Virus record (IMG/VR): IMGVR_UViG_3300000062_000001
Coordinates: 1-64,000 of that record
Reading direction: 5' to 3' (one strand)
Source of the DNA: a virus
Length of the DNA stretch: 64,000 nucleotides
Shown here: piece after piece, positions 1 to 10,008 of the stretch
Layout: every line of letters starts with the position of its first letter
Numbering within the stretch: the first letter of the stretch is position 1
Notes under the pieces: model-generated
What the model was told of the DNA's origin: nothing
The model's input: the letters and a program-made list of their open reading frames with translations, nothing else
Databases searched by the model: none
Program-made: the position numbers and the translations under genes

Positions 1-657
1 AAGGATGATATGACTGCTTTTCAAAGAACTGTAATAGGTAGGACAATGATGACTTTTAGGAAATATTTAGTACCCACCATGATTAACAGGAGATGGCAGA
101 AATCTCAATACAACCAGAATCTCGAAGCTATGACTGAAGGATTTTATCGTACCTTTTTCAGGAAATTTACAAGTCTTGGTAATGTATTATCCAATAGGCA
201 AGCATTTAAAAAAGAATGGGATGGGTTTACAACTACAGAAAGGGCTAATATTCTCAGAACTATAGCTGATATAGGATTGTTTGGAATAACAGCAATACTG
301 TCAAGTATCTTACTCGGGGCTTGAGGAGATGATGATGATTGGGAAAAGAAAATGACAATGTTTGTGTTGTTAAGATTACAGCAAGAACAGGGAGCATTAA
401 TTCCTAGTCCTACAGCTATAAAAGATAACTGGAAGCTATTACAATCTCCTGCTGCTGCTATAACATGGTTTGAGAATGTGAGTACAGTAATATATAGATT
501 TGCTAGACCTTGAACTTGAGGAGAAGAGTATGAAACTGGGAAGTACAAAGGTCAAAATAAGGCGTGGAGAGAAACAAAGAGGGCTCTTCCAGCTGTTAGG
601 ATGGTAGATGTAATAGAAGATCCCAGTACTCAAATACAGTTTTTACAGCAGTGGTAA
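1..657 (+). CDS. 3' end of a large late protein, 5'-truncated by the window edge; readable only with TGA as sense
   Basis: Frame 1 is open from nt 1 to TAA 655-657 if TGA at 322, 511 and 517 are read through. Track ORF 10..324 is only its first piece. Hydrophobic segment IADIGLFGITAILSSILLGA. Confidence 0.6.
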
Positions 658-693
658 ATTGGTTTAGAAGCTAAAAAAAAGGAAGTGAAAAGT

Positions 694-1926
694 ATGAATA
701 ATTGAAATACACTAGGGCCATTAAAACAGGCTGAATTGTATAAAATATATTTTAAAGCTGGTTATAGGGACTTGAGTAAAATTAAGTCCCATTATAACTC
801 TTTTGCTACAGGTGGGGATCTTGATGATGAGACTCAAAAAAGGTATAATTCTCAACCTGCTGATAATACAAGAATGGTTGCCAAACCATTACCAAGTCTT
901 GAGGACAGGGAGGCTATTGAGAAGAGAAAATACTTTGACAGGTTTATGGAATCTTATAATAGAAGCTACATTAGACCTAACAAGAAGGGGGCTATTGAAC
1001 AAGGAATGTCTCCCAGTGAAGCTATGAGGGTATATGGAGCTGATAATTTTATTAACAGGGCTATGGCTAACCCAAAAGTTGATCAGGCTGTGGGGAATAT
1101 TAGTGAAGCAGCAGATGTCAGTATGATGGTTACTGGTGTAGGAGAATTGGGATATTTAGGTTTAAAAGGATTACAACAAGTAGGTAGACAAGGGATTAAA
1201 AGAGTTGCTCAGAAATCTCCAAGATTTATATCTTTAGCTCCTGAAAATAGACCTTTAACAAGGGGAGAGTTTAATAGATTATTACCAGAATATCAGGGAG
1301 GTTCAAGGGGGAGATTATCTGAAGTGTATTATCCAGATTATCCAGAAAGAAGATTTACTGGAGATCCATTTTTAAGGAGTCCCGAATATATAGAGTATAA
1401 AAATCTTCCTCTTCAACAAAATTATTTACCAGAAAAGGACTTTAAGACAGTGCAAGATCTTGTTGGCACAAGTGCTTACACTAATCCCAGTAGTTCTTAT
1501 TATCGTCCACAGGCAGCTGACAGGCTTCAAAGTATAGTTGTTGGTAATCAAGGTGGAAAAGGACAAATGGTAAGGCGTTTTGAGTTAGTAAAAGACCATA
1601 ATAAAGTTGGAGCAGATACATGAAATGGATTAGAGTCTTCATTAGCTTCTGGTCAACCATGAGAACCCAACAGGCATATGTCCTTTTCTTTAGGAAGCAA
1701 AGGAGATTCTAGGTTTGGTCCTCATAGAATATTGACCAATTTTAATGAAAATACATCTATATTTCCTACGTTTAGATATATTGGTTGACGTAGTGAAATG
1801 GAATTAATACCAAGCAGAAATCTTAAATATAAGGTAAATAAGAAAGTGAAAAATACTGAAGGTGGGTTTGATTGATTAGTTGATATAATAAATCCACACA
1901 AGTATGGGGGGGTATTAAGAAGGTAA
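694..1926 (+). CDS. hypothetical late protein, 410 aa with 5 in-frame TGA
   Basis: ATG 694, TAA 1924-1926. Track ORF 736..1623 is the central piece in the same frame. In-frame TGA at 703, 1621, 1660 and two more downstream. No TAA or TAG in frame. Confidence 0.6.
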
Positions 1927-2163
1927 TTAGGAATTATAATAAGCGAAATCCTTTTTCTTATATTCTGCTACTTCATAAAAATCATTGTCTTCTGGCACTC
2001 TACTTCGATTATAATTAGCTTGACGCATAAATAGTCTTGTAAACATTTCTACATGATCGGGATTGTTCATATCTATTCCTGCCTTTAATAAGGCTTCTTT
2101 TACGCTTGGTAGGGTTATTGCTTCTTCATAAGTAAGCAATTTATAGGGCATATTGTTGTTCAT
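1927..2163 (-). CDS. hypothetical protein
   Basis: Uninterrupted 78-aa ORF, last gene of the minus-strand train, converging on the plus-strand gene ending at 1926. Confidence 0.5.
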   Translation of the reverse strand: MNNNMPYKLLTYEEAITLPSVKEALLKAGIDMNNPDHVEMFTRLFMRQANYNRSRVPEDNDFYEVAEYKKKDFAYYNS

Positions 2164-2196
2164 GTTACAAAGTTTTAAATTATTAAATTAAAAATT

Positions 2197-2385
2197 ATGA
2201 AAGATAAAATTAAGGAAAATAAAATTACACAAAAGGAATTATATGAAAAAGCTCTGGCTACAATAAGTGAGGCAAGAAAAGAGGAATTAAGAAGTATGAA
2301 ATTTGCTACAAAGGATCTTCCAAAGACTTATGATGAGTATAAAAAGCGTCTTGTATCAAAAGGGTATCTTCCTGAAGATTTCTAA
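2197..2385 (+). CDS. hypothetical protein, conflicts with 2306..2572
   Basis: 62-aa ORF with natural-looking charged composition. It is a lone plus-strand ORF overlapping the 3' end of 2306..2572 by 80 nt, so only one of the two may be real. Confidence 0.3.
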   Translation: MKDKIKENKITQKELYEKALATISEARKEELRSMKFATKDLPKTYDEYKKRLVSKGYLPEDF

Positions 2386-2572
2386 CACAACATTCTTCTT
2401 TATATCCTTTTATAAAATCTTCTATTCCTTCATCTAGAGCAGTGTTTATAAATAATGCCCTCTCTTTATTATCAAGATTTGCACACATCTTTGAAGCATT
2501 AGCCTTTATTTCTCTTGCTTCCTCATAGGCTTTACATCTTAATTCTTCAGGAGTTAATACTGGCCTATTCAT
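2306..2572 (-). CDS. hypothetical protein
   Basis: 88-aa ORF co-oriented with its neighbours. Its C-terminal 26 aa overlap the plus-strand ORF 2197..2385. Confidence 0.4.
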   Translation of the reverse strand: MNRPVLTPEELRCKAYEEAREIKANASKMCANLDNKERALFINTALDEGIEDFIKGYKEECCVRNLQEDTLLIQDAFYTHHKSLEDPL

Positions 2573-2700
2573 ATACCTATATCTTTAATAATTAACAAAG
2601 ATAAGTATATTATTATTTATGTTATTAATTATCAAATTAAAAAAATTATGAAATTATTAAACAAAGATAGAAGACCATAATATAAAAGAAATTTAAGCAT

Positions 2701-2740
2701 GGGGGAAGATTAAATAATGGGAAGGGGCATTAATCTCCCC
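2701..2740 (-). terminator. stem-loop spanning the stop codon of 2730..3026
   Basis: gggggaagattaa (2701-2713) pairs with ttaatctcccc (2730-2740), with one bulged A. Confidence 0.35.
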
Positions 2741-3026
2741 TCCCAAAATCTTTATCAATAGTATTAAGACATATATTCTGCATATATTTTTCATTCCAGT
2801 CAGACAATTGTTGCCTTTTTACAGGATCAGTTTCAGTTTGAAGGGCTTTTGTATTTCTAATATGTTGAGCCCAATTTTCTAAGGTATCAGGTATAATATC
2901 TTCATCTTCAGAAACAGGTTTATCTGTAAGATGTTTATATCGCATTTCTTCTTTTGAAATATTACCCCATACAATAAGAAGAATAATACTAAGGAGTAGA
3001 ACTGATATTATTAATGCTGCTATCAT
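2730..3026 (-). CDS. small membrane-anchored protein
   Basis: 98-aa ORF with an N-terminal hydrophobic helix, MIAALIISVLLLSIILLIVW. Confidence 0.55.
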   Translation of the reverse strand: MIAALIISVLLLSIILLIVWGNISKEEMRYKHLTDKPVSEDEDIIPDTLENWAQHIRNTKALQTETDPVKRQQLSDWNEKYMQNICLNTIDKDFGRGD

Positions 3027-3064
3027 GTTATTAAATTTTTTAAAGTTATAATTTTTTTTAAAGT

Positions 3065-3097
3065 AAGGGCAGGGGGTTTAATTAACCTTCTGCCCTT
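3065..3097 (-). terminator. GC-rich stem-loop downstream of 3104..3433
   Basis: aagggcag (3065-3072) pairs with ctgccctt (3090-3097). The U/A runs flanking it allow bidirectional function. Confidence 0.4.
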
Positions 3098-3103
3098 TTT
3101 TCA

Positions 3104-3433
3104 TTAATCTTTTTTATCAGGTCCCATATAAAATTCTACAACAGTGTACTCTAATTCTTCAGCTCTATAAGGACAATTAGTTATTATATATCCTAATGCT
3201 GAACTATCACTTCTAAGACCAGGCACTACTATAGTACTTTCTTCTTCACTAATTATAGTGAAAAATTGTTTTGGTCTTATATATTCTGCTATAAGAGCAT
3301 ATTCATCTCTTTGAAAAGCATATTTTGATAATATACTATTATTTAATAATTGTGTAGGAAATCTTTCATTGCAAATAGGGGAATATTTCTCAACAAAATC
3401 TTGATTACTTATTTCATTCATTCCTGTTGTCAT
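3104..3433 (-). CDS. hypothetical protein
   Basis: 109-aa ORF whose ATG overlaps the TGA stop of the upstream gene (ATGA). Confidence 0.55.
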   Translation of the reverse strand: MTTGMNEISNQDFVEKYSPICNERFPTQLLNNSILSKYAFQRDEYALIAEYIRPKQFFTIISEEESTIVVPGLRSDSSALGYIITNCPYRAEELEYTVVEFYMGPDKKD

Positions 3434-3855
3434 TGCTTTGCTATATTTAAATATTGATTATAAATACCTTTTATTACATCATCTCCTACAGGTTTAGGTC
3501 TAATAGCATCTCTTAAAATACATGTTTCCAAAGTACAATGCATATATTTTATTTCAAACTTATGCCCAAGTTTTTCAGCAGTTTCTTTCCACTTATTAAT
3601 AGTAGTTTGAGAAAAATTGATACCATCAATGATTACAGAATATCCAACTTCTAATGCTATAATAGCATCTTCATATTCCATTTCTCTAATCATTTCTTCA
3701 TGATGATGGCTATAATTACCTATCATTTCTCTCAGGTCATCCCTATTAATTCTTACAAAGTCTTTATTATTTTTACAATACTCCTTAGCCCAAGTAGTTT
3801 TACCCGATGCTGGAAGTCCTTGCATTACTAAAATTTTCTGATTATTCCTGTCCAT
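3430..3855 (-). CDS. polynucleotide 5'-kinase-like P-loop kinase (T4 Pnk kinase-domain type)
   Basis: GLPASGKTTWAKEY Walker A followed by FVRINRDDLRE, the same layout as the T4 Pnk kinase domain (GSGKSTWA...INRDDYR). Ends with TGA. Confidence 0.7.
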   Translation of the reverse strand: MDRNNQKILVMQGLPASGKTTWAKEYCKNNKDFVRINRDDLREMIGNYSHHHEEMIREMEYEDAIIALEVGYSVIIDGINFSQTTINKWKETAEKLGHKFEIKYMHCTLETCILRDAIRPKPVGDDVIKGIYNQYLNIAKQ

Positions 3856-4426
3856 GTAGCCCCTTTATTCTTAACAAAGTAGGATCAATTCCTTTACCCA
3901 GTCCTTTGCTTATGTCTTCCAGAGACAACCACACTAACATTTTCTTAGGGATCTTTTTGAACTTCTTGTATAGTACAAAATCATGAGTTTTTACATCCTC
4001 TTTTTCCTGCAACTCTTTCCATTTACTTTTAGTTACAGTAATAATTCTATTTTTTACTGCAGCAATATAAACTCTTTCAGTAGTTTTACCTTCTTTAATT
4101 GTGCATTTAACAAGGTCTCCTATAGATAGTTCATCCCCCTTTTTTTCTGTGGGTTCTATAGATTTAACTACCTTGGGGTATTTTTTAAAGAATTCAGAAA
4201 AGAATCTTTTATTAATTATTATATTCCAAAAAGGAGTGCCCTCCCCATATTTATTTGTAGCCGACCATGTAAATCCTTTATTACTTTGTGAAGCATCAAT
4301 TTCATTTTGAAATATAGTTACATCTCTTGTATTACCCTGATCTACCTGGTGCCAAAGCATTCTTTCTGCTATTTCTATAGGGAATTCTTGTAGTCCTCCT
4401 ATTAAATCTTTTTCTGTTATATTCAT
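3842..4426 (-). CDS. hypothetical protein
   Basis: 194-aa uninterrupted ORF in the minus-strand gene train. Confidence 0.55.
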   Translation of the reverse strand: MNITEKDLIGGLQEFPIEIAERMLWHQVDQGNTRDVTIFQNEIDASQSNKGFTWSATNKYGEGTPFWNIIINKRFFSEFFKKYPKVVKSIEPTEKKGDELSIGDLVKCTIKEGKTTERVYIAAVKNRIITVTKSKWKELQEKEDVKTHDFVLYKKFKKIPKKMLVWLSLEDISKGLGKGIDPTLLRIKGLHGQE

Positions 4427-4574
4427 TTATTTTATATTAATATTTACATTTTCACATATCATCCAATGAATTTCACTAAGATTATAGTCGTGTGTTCTAA
4501 AGAACCAGTCTTCTATATCTTCATAATCTGTATTATTTTCTTCAGGAATTGTATAGATATCTATATTACCTGTG

Positions 4575-5333
4575 TTATAATTTAATATTATTATCTTCAT
4601 TCATTTTTTTTATTTTTCTTAGTGTTAATTTTTTGCCAAATAAGGTAGCATTTACTTCATAACCTAACTTATGTGCTACTTCTCTAAGTTTCTGTTCATT
4701 TGTAACTTCAGGTTTAGTAAGTTCTTCTTTTAATTTCTCATACTCTTTTAATAAATCTGATTTCAGTTTTAGATATTCAGTTTCAAGTTCAAGTTTATGT
4801 TCATTATAAGCTGTATGAAGATTTTCTTCAATACTGTTCTTATTAGCAATAATTCTTATATATTCATCATAAACACTTTTATATTTCTTTTCAAAATACT
4901 CCTTAACTTTTGATTCAACAGCCCCAAAATTTTCAACAGTTTCAATTTCTTCAGAACTTAATAATACTTTGGGGTAAAAACAACAATTAATATTTGAAGA
5001 CTCTTTTAAATAACTATGAAGATAGCTCTGTATAACACTAATAGAAACAGTCCTATTATGTCTATAGCATTCTGTTATAAACTTAATTATATCTGTAGCT
5101 GTACTACGTAATTTTTGGTCATCAAATACAATAGGTGAGAAGTTATTTATCTTTTGCTTTACTATTACAGGGCTTTTTTCACGTATTTGTGTATTAAGTT
5201 CATAAATAATATCATTCAATTTGTTTTCTATCTTCTTTTTTTCTGTCGCCATACTTTCCTGGCCTTCTTTAAGATTTTTTATAGTATCTCTCATAGAATC
5301 AAGTTCACTTAAACTCATTTTTACATCTGCCAT
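4575..5333 (-). CDS. hypothetical coiled-coil protein
   Basis: 252-aa ORF, rich in K/E heptad-like stretches. Confidence 0.55.
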   Translation of the reverse strand: MADVKMSLSELDSMRDTIKNLKEGQESMATEKKKIENKLNDIIYELNTQIREKSPVIVKQKINNFSPIVFDDQKLRSTATDIIKFITECYRHNRTVSISVIQSYLHSYLKESSNINCCFYPKVLLSSEEIETVENFGAVESKVKEYFEKKYKSVYDEYIRIIANKNSIEENLHTAYNEHKLELETEYLKLKSDLLKEYEKLKEELTKPEVTNEQKLREVAHKLGYEVNATLFGKKLTLRKIKKMNEDNNIKL

Positions 5334-5345
5334 AATATATGTTTT

Positions 5346-5930
5346 TTAAATATACTCTCTCTTAATAAATTCTTCCTGTAAAGGTATAGCTAATTCTCTA
5401 GCACTTGAATGAGCATTACTTGCACATCTTAATTTAAAGAAATGGTTCCAGTCACTACTATAACAAGTCATTACTAATTCTGTTTTAAGAGCATTAGATA
5501 ATACCTGTCTTGCTTGTTGAGGTTGCCAGCCTTTTTCAAGTAATTCAAAATAATATTTTTCAGAATCATAAAGAGAATCATAAAATGCTTTAGTTGCATT
5601 GTAAGGTTTTTGTAAATCCTCTCTTAATTGGGTTTCTGTTATCCATCCTGGTAAAATAAAAGTAATTTCATTACCAAATTTATCTTTATTGTATGAACAG
5701 TACCTCGTACTCTCTTGTGCAAAAGCATTACCTTTACTACCTCTATTCCTTACAAATTCGTGTGATATGTCTCTTGAAGTAATAAACAATACACTATGTC
5801 TTTTCTCATGATATTCAGTTGGTTCACACCAATATTGTAAATCATCTTCCCAACCATTTTCTATAATTTGTCTGTAATTCAAGATAAGATATACGAAATC
5901 TTCCTGAACATTTTCATTTCCTCTAATCAT
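5346..5930 (-). CDS. thyX: FAD-dependent thymidylate synthase ThyX, C-terminal fragment
   Basis: SVLFITSRDISHEFVRNRGSKGNAFAQESTRY matches the ThyX signature (RHR...S.RY). The ATG overlaps the stop of the HNH ORF. Confidence 0.7.
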   Translation of the reverse strand: MIRGNENVQEDFVYLILNYRQIIENGWEDDLQYWCEPTEYHEKRHSVLFITSRDISHEFVRNRGSKGNAFAQESTRYCSYNKDKFGNEITFILPGWITETQLREDLQKPYNATKAFYDSLYDSEKYYFELLEKGWQPQQARQVLSNALKTELVMTCYSSDWNHFFKLRCASNAHSSARELAIPLQEEFIKREYI

Positions 5931-6555
5931 ATTCTTCTGTTAATTTTTTAACAGTCCATTTACAAGTGGACAATCTATACCTTACAATGTTATAAGGTAT
6001 TTTCAAGTATTCTGAAAGTGTAGCTAATGTATAGTTTATACCTTCGTGTACAATGTAGTGATTCTTTCTTGTATTGTTATTTTGAATTGTTCTATTAACC
6101 CATCTACAATTTTCTGGACAATAATTACCATCATTATCTATCCTATCTATGGTTAATCCTTTACTATATGAATTAGTAATAGACCACAGATAAAATTCCT
6201 TGAAATCACTTAACCACTGATTACACATTAAAATACCTCTACCACCATAGTTAGAATAACTAATTTCATTTGGATTCAAACACCTCTTCTTCATGTTTTT
6301 CCATATAGAATATAAGGGGTGTTTTTCTAAACCATGTTTCAGTTGAGTTTCTTTAGCTCTTTGTCTTTGGTAACAACCACAAGATTGTGTTTTACCTAAT
6401 AATAAAAGTGATAGTTGAGTTTCAACAATATTACCACATTCACACATACAGGAAAACATTCTTCTTGGTTTATTACTACTTATAATCGGACTTATTTCTT
6501 TAATTATTTCTAATCTTCCAAATTTATCCCCTTTGTTAATTTCTTTTCTTTTCAT
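5923..6555 (-). CDS. HNH homing endonuclease inserted within thyX
   Basis: LTIDRIDNDGNYCPENCRWVNRTIQNNN HNH-type motif plus an N-terminal Cys cluster. Lies exactly between the two thyX fragments. Confidence 0.75.
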   Translation of the reverse strand: MKRKEINKGDKFGRLEIIKEISPIISSNKPRRMFSCMCECGNIVETQLSLLLLGKTQSCGCYQRQRAKETQLKHGLEKHPLYSIWKNMKKRCLNPNEISYSNYGGRGILMCNQWLSDFKEFYLWSITNSYSKGLTIDRIDNDGNYCPENCRWVNRTIQNNNTRKNHYIVHEGINYTLATLSEYLKIPYNIVRYRLSTCKWTVKKLTEEYD

Positions 6556-6609
6556 TGTTTCTAAATTTTAATTTCTACAAAGGTACAACAAATTATCGGA
6601 TTTTCCAAA

Positions 6610-6864
6610 TTAAATTGTTAATAATTTTTGTTTGAACTCTTTTTCATACACATCTCTTGGAACTTTCAAATAAACTGTACCATGTTCTAACATAGCACCA
6701 TGCTTATTATCTTTAAGCATTTCAATCATCTTAATATAACTATCATTAGTTATTTTATCCTCTGATTTGTAACATACTCTAGCTATTCTTTCAATATGTT
6801 TATACATACCTACTACTTCAGGTTCTTGAGTTAAAATTTCATATTTTGGTTTAATCAATTTCAT
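6610..6864 (-). CDS. thyX: ThyX, N-terminal fragment
   Basis: IARVCYKS...KHGAMLEH corresponds to the N-terminal ThyX helices (H.S.LEH region). The ORF stops after 84 aa. Confidence 0.65.
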   Translation of the reverse strand: MKLIKPKYEILTQEPEVVGMYKHIERIARVCYKSEDKITNDSYIKMIEMLKDNKHGAMLEHGTVYLKVPRDVYEKEFKQKLLTI

Positions 6865-6865
6865 T

Positions 6866-7132
6866 TTAATATTGTTTAAAATTTAACTCCTTATTACTAC
6901 TAAAAGGATGTACACACATCATTGTAAGTAATCTAGGAAGATTATGTATAATTTCTAAATCGTCTTTATCCCACCATGCATTTTTTTCATCTTCTTTTAC
7001 TTGATATATATATTCTATCGATGCCCTATAAACTGGTTCTTTTTCTGTTGATATATAAGAAGTAATTTCTGATACAATAGCAATACTACCATTGAGTGTT
7101 TTTACAAAATCTAAAGGTTTAATTAATTGCAT
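6866..7132 (-). CDS. hypothetical protein
   Basis: 88-aa ORF, 1 nt from the next gene. Confidence 0.5.
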   Translation of the reverse strand: MQLIKPLDFVKTLNGSIAIVSEITSYISTEKEPVYRASIEYIYQVKEDEKNAWWDKDDLEIIHNLPRLLTMMCVHPFSSNKELNFKQY

Positions 7133-7167
7133 ATTTTAAGTATTTTGCTTGTTTATATTTAATCATT

Positions 7168-7557
7168 TTATATATCAAAATCTAGTTCTCTTATTTCTAA
7201 TCTTCCTGATTTTATCAGTTCATCTCTTACATTCTCAAAAGCGTTTCTGTATTCCTGCATACGATATATACTATAGGAATCTATATTATGGGAATCTATA
7301 TTTGCTTTATTATAATTATCTTTTACAATATATTTTGCTAAATATTCTACTGAATTTCTAAAAGCTGCTGAAACATGATTCTTTTGTTTCCAAACTGCTC
7401 TCCCCTTTTCTGTAGTAAATCTTTTCCCATCTATAAATATAGAATAAGCCTTGTTGTTTTTATTACTATTATTAATACTAGAAAGGGAAAAAACTTTCTT
7501 TACAAAAGTATCTATATTATCAGAGGTCCATTCAAATTCAAAATTAGTTGTGTTCAT
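7168..7557 (-). CDS. hypothetical protein
   Basis: 129-aa ORF in the gene train. Confidence 0.5.
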   Translation of the reverse strand: MNTTNFEFEWTSDNIDTFVKKVFSLSSINNSNKNNKAYSIFIDGKRFTTEKGRAVWKQKNHVSAAFRNSVEYLAKYIVKDNYNKANIDSHNIDSYSIYRMQEYRNAFENVRDELIKSGRLEIRELDFDI

Positions 7558-7558
7558 T

Positions 7559-7948
7559 TTATAATATTTTTCTTAAATAATCATCATTCCAAGTGGACTC
7601 TTTAGTATGTCCATCAATCCAATCCCATGTTTGTTGTGCTTTTATAATATTACAGTCTGAATAATATATGGTCCATAATAACATTTCCCAATAAGTGTCA
7701 TCAGCATCTAACCAAAACATTATTTGCCATTTACCAAACAATGTTAAATTCCACTGGGGGGCAAATTCAAATCTTGGGGTGTTATATTTATCCTTCCACA
7801 TTATGTCCCTATAACATAAATGAATCCATTTTTTAGGTCTAAAAATAGGAAGTCCCATAGCACACCCACCAATATAAGACCTTAATTTAGGTCTTATAAA
7901 AAGTTTCCTTACTTTATTATAAGTTTTATATAATTTAATATTCATCAT
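7559..7948 (-). CDS. hypothetical protein
   Basis: 129-aa Trp-rich ORF in which all Trp are TGG. Confidence 0.5.
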   Translation of the reverse strand: MMNIKLYKTYNKVRKLFIRPKLRSYIGGCAMGLPIFRPKKWIHLCYRDIMWKDKYNTPRFEFAPQWNLTLFGKWQIMFWLDADDTYWEMLLWTIYYSDCNIIKAQQTWDWIDGHTKESTWNDDYLRKIL

Positions 7949-8198
7949 TCATATATTGCCAAAAAGATCCTTTTGTAATAGCTTCTCCTATGTTACTTTC
8001 AGTAAATAATTGTTCTTCATTTAATTCTTGTTCACTATCATCTATATTATTAATAATATAAAAAAGTTTTTCATTAGAATTATATGAAATTTCTTTGTTA
8101 CTTCTGAATCCCCCATTAAGTTCTATAAAACATTCTATAGAATTATCCATAGATATTTCTTTTAACATATCTACAGATGTAATTTTTTTATAATCCAT
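7935..8198 (-). CDS. hypothetical protein
   Basis: 87-aa acidic ORF. Confidence 0.5.
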   Translation of the reverse strand: MDYKKITSVDMLKEISMDNSIECFIELNGGFRSNKEISYNSNEKLFYIINNIDDSEQELNEEQLFTESNIGEAITKGSFWQYMNDEY

Positions 8199-8206
8199 AC
8201 TTTATA

Positions 8207-8875
8207 TTATATTTCTAAATAAAGTGGAGGATATGCTATATTGTAACTTTCATTAAGTATACTTACATTAGCTCCTATAGTATATCCATAATCTATTAAT
8301 TCATGGTCTCCTGAGTGTATATGACCACAAAATGTATATTTAGGTCTAACTTCTTCAATTCTGTTTGTTAATACAGGATTACCAACATTCTCTTTAGAAG
8401 CTATCTCAAGTATCTTCCCCATACCTCCTAAATAAGGAGCATCATGTGTTAATAGTATATCTAAATTCTCAGGAATTTCATTATACTTTGTTTTTAATTC
8501 ATCATTATTTCTCATGAACGCCCAATTTCCAAATTGTTTGCAATATGGGGTTCCAAAAATATGATATTCATTATTATTCCTTGCAGTATAAATTGTACTG
8601 TGATGATGTAGATATTCAACATGATTGGAGAATTTCATTTGACTTCTTACAAATGAATATTCGAGTATAAAATCATGATTTCCTGCTATAAATATAACAT
8701 GATTAATAGGTTGGTCTTCTATCCAAGACATAAAATCATTTTCTAACCATTCTATACCTTTGTTTATATTTGTTTGTATATTTAAAGGAAATATATCCCC
8801 ACAAATTAACATTAATTCTGCTTCTTCTACAGGTATGAATTTACCATGTAAATCACTAAGTACTGCTATTTTCAT
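8207..8875 (-). CDS. calcineurin-like metallophosphoesterase
   Basis: Ordered motifs DLHG, GDIFP, GNHD, HDAP and GHIH. Confidence 0.75.
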   Translation of the reverse strand: MKIAVLSDLHGKFIPVEEAELMLICGDIFPLNIQTNINKGIEWLENDFMSWIEDQPINHVIFIAGNHDFILEYSFVRSQMKFSNHVEYLHHHSTIYTARNNNEYHIFGTPYCKQFGNWAFMRNNDELKTKYNEIPENLDILLTHDAPYLGGMGKILEIASKENVGNPVLTNRIEEVRPKYTFCGHIHSGDHELIDYGYTIGANVSILNESYNIAYPPLYLEI

Positions 8876-9920
8876 TTATAATTTTTTCTTTTATCATTAT
8901 ATTTTTAATTTCTTGTATTAAATAAGATATATCTGAATTATTATTAATAATATAATCAGGAACAATTTGTTCTAATTCAGTTTCAGATTGATGATTAGAT
9001 TGATTTTCTTTTAAATACTTATTATACTCTAATTCCCAATCTTCTCTAAATCTTCTCTTCAAAACTTCAACACCATCTTCTATTTCATATAATTCTTCAG
9101 TAGGATTATCATTAATCAACATGTCATCAGCATATTTACAAGCTTCTTGAATAATATTTCTATCATATCTACTAATCTTAATAATCTTACCACCTCTATC
9201 TTTAATAGCTTTAGTTTCATTTAAAAATCTCACATCAGATATAAGCCATTTAGGATATGAATTACATATTTCACATGCATTATCTGAATCTATAGCACAG
9301 GCAACATCACCACAATCTCCTAATTTATAATCCTGCATTAACATATTAATATGGATGTCAAGATGTATTTTATCTCTAAATAAATCAGTTCCTATGTATT
9401 GAAGTAATTCTCTATAAGTAGGTAAGTAATAATATTTTTCTATTGGATAAAAATTAGCATCCTCCCAAACCATTTTAGTTGAATATTCATCTAAATCTGT
9501 TTTTGTTCTAAATATATTTGTATAAGTATTATATTTATCATTCCATATTAATTTCCAACATCCTAACCATTCAGGTACTTTACTATTTTTAAAATTTATA
9601 TCTTCAAATTGTTTCATTGTACAACCTGTTATAATACAAACTATTTGTTTAAGTTTAGTAGCAAATGCTTTTTGTTGCCATTGAGAATTATCTTTTATAT
9701 ATCCAACCCCATTAACACCCAATTCACAACATTCTGAATAAATATTGTAAAGAAATGAAGAGTCTTTTCTTTTTAAAGAATCTGATACAAATTGGATATC
9801 CCTCTTTTTATCTTTATGTGTAGAATAATATGAAGTATTATAGTAAATATCTAATAACTGCCATATTTTTACACAGGTGTCTTTTCCACTCTGTGCTTGT
9901 CCGACCATTCCGTAAATCAT
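8856..9920 (-). CDS. dNMP kinase-like protein (T4 gp1 type) with large insertions
   Basis: GQAQSGKDT P-loop, LLQYIGTDLFR and ISDVRFLNE...GGKIIKISR, arranged as in phage dNMP kinases. Confidence 0.55.
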   Translation of the reverse strand: MIYGMVGQAQSGKDTCVKIWQLLDIYYNTSYYSTHKDKKRDIQFVSDSLKRKDSSFLYNIYSECCELGVNGVGYIKDNSQWQQKAFATKLKQIVCIITGCTMKQFEDINFKNSKVPEWLGCWKLIWNDKYNTYTNIFRTKTDLDEYSTKMVWEDANFYPIEKYYYLPTYRELLQYIGTDLFRDKIHLDIHINMLMQDYKLGDCGDVACAIDSDNACEICNSYPKWLISDVRFLNETKAIKDRGGKIIKISRYDRNIIQEACKYADDMLINDNPTEELYEIEDGVEVLKRRFREDWELEYNKYLKENQSNHQSETELEQIVPDYIINNNSDISYLIQEIKNIMIKEKIINENSST

Positions 9921-9937
9921 ATTTTTAACTGTTTAAT

Positions 9938-10001
9938 AACTATGTAAAATAACCATATTAATACTTCATTAATAGTATAGATATGGTTATTTTACATAGT
10001 T
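9938..10001 (-). terminator. 21-bp perfect inverted repeat (strong hairpin) between two genes
   Basis: aactatgtaaaataaccatat (9938-9958) is the exact reverse complement of 9981-10001, with a 22-nt loop. Confidence 0.5.
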
Positions 10002-10008
10002 AATATTA

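Noticed and set aside
5796-6681. A thyX intervening sequence belonging to the same group I intron family as the nrdJ and helicase introns.
   Set aside because: None of the shared P/Q/R/S words occurs between 5796 and 6681, and I could not build a P1/P10 pairing. The intron-versus-split-gene question is left open in the findings.
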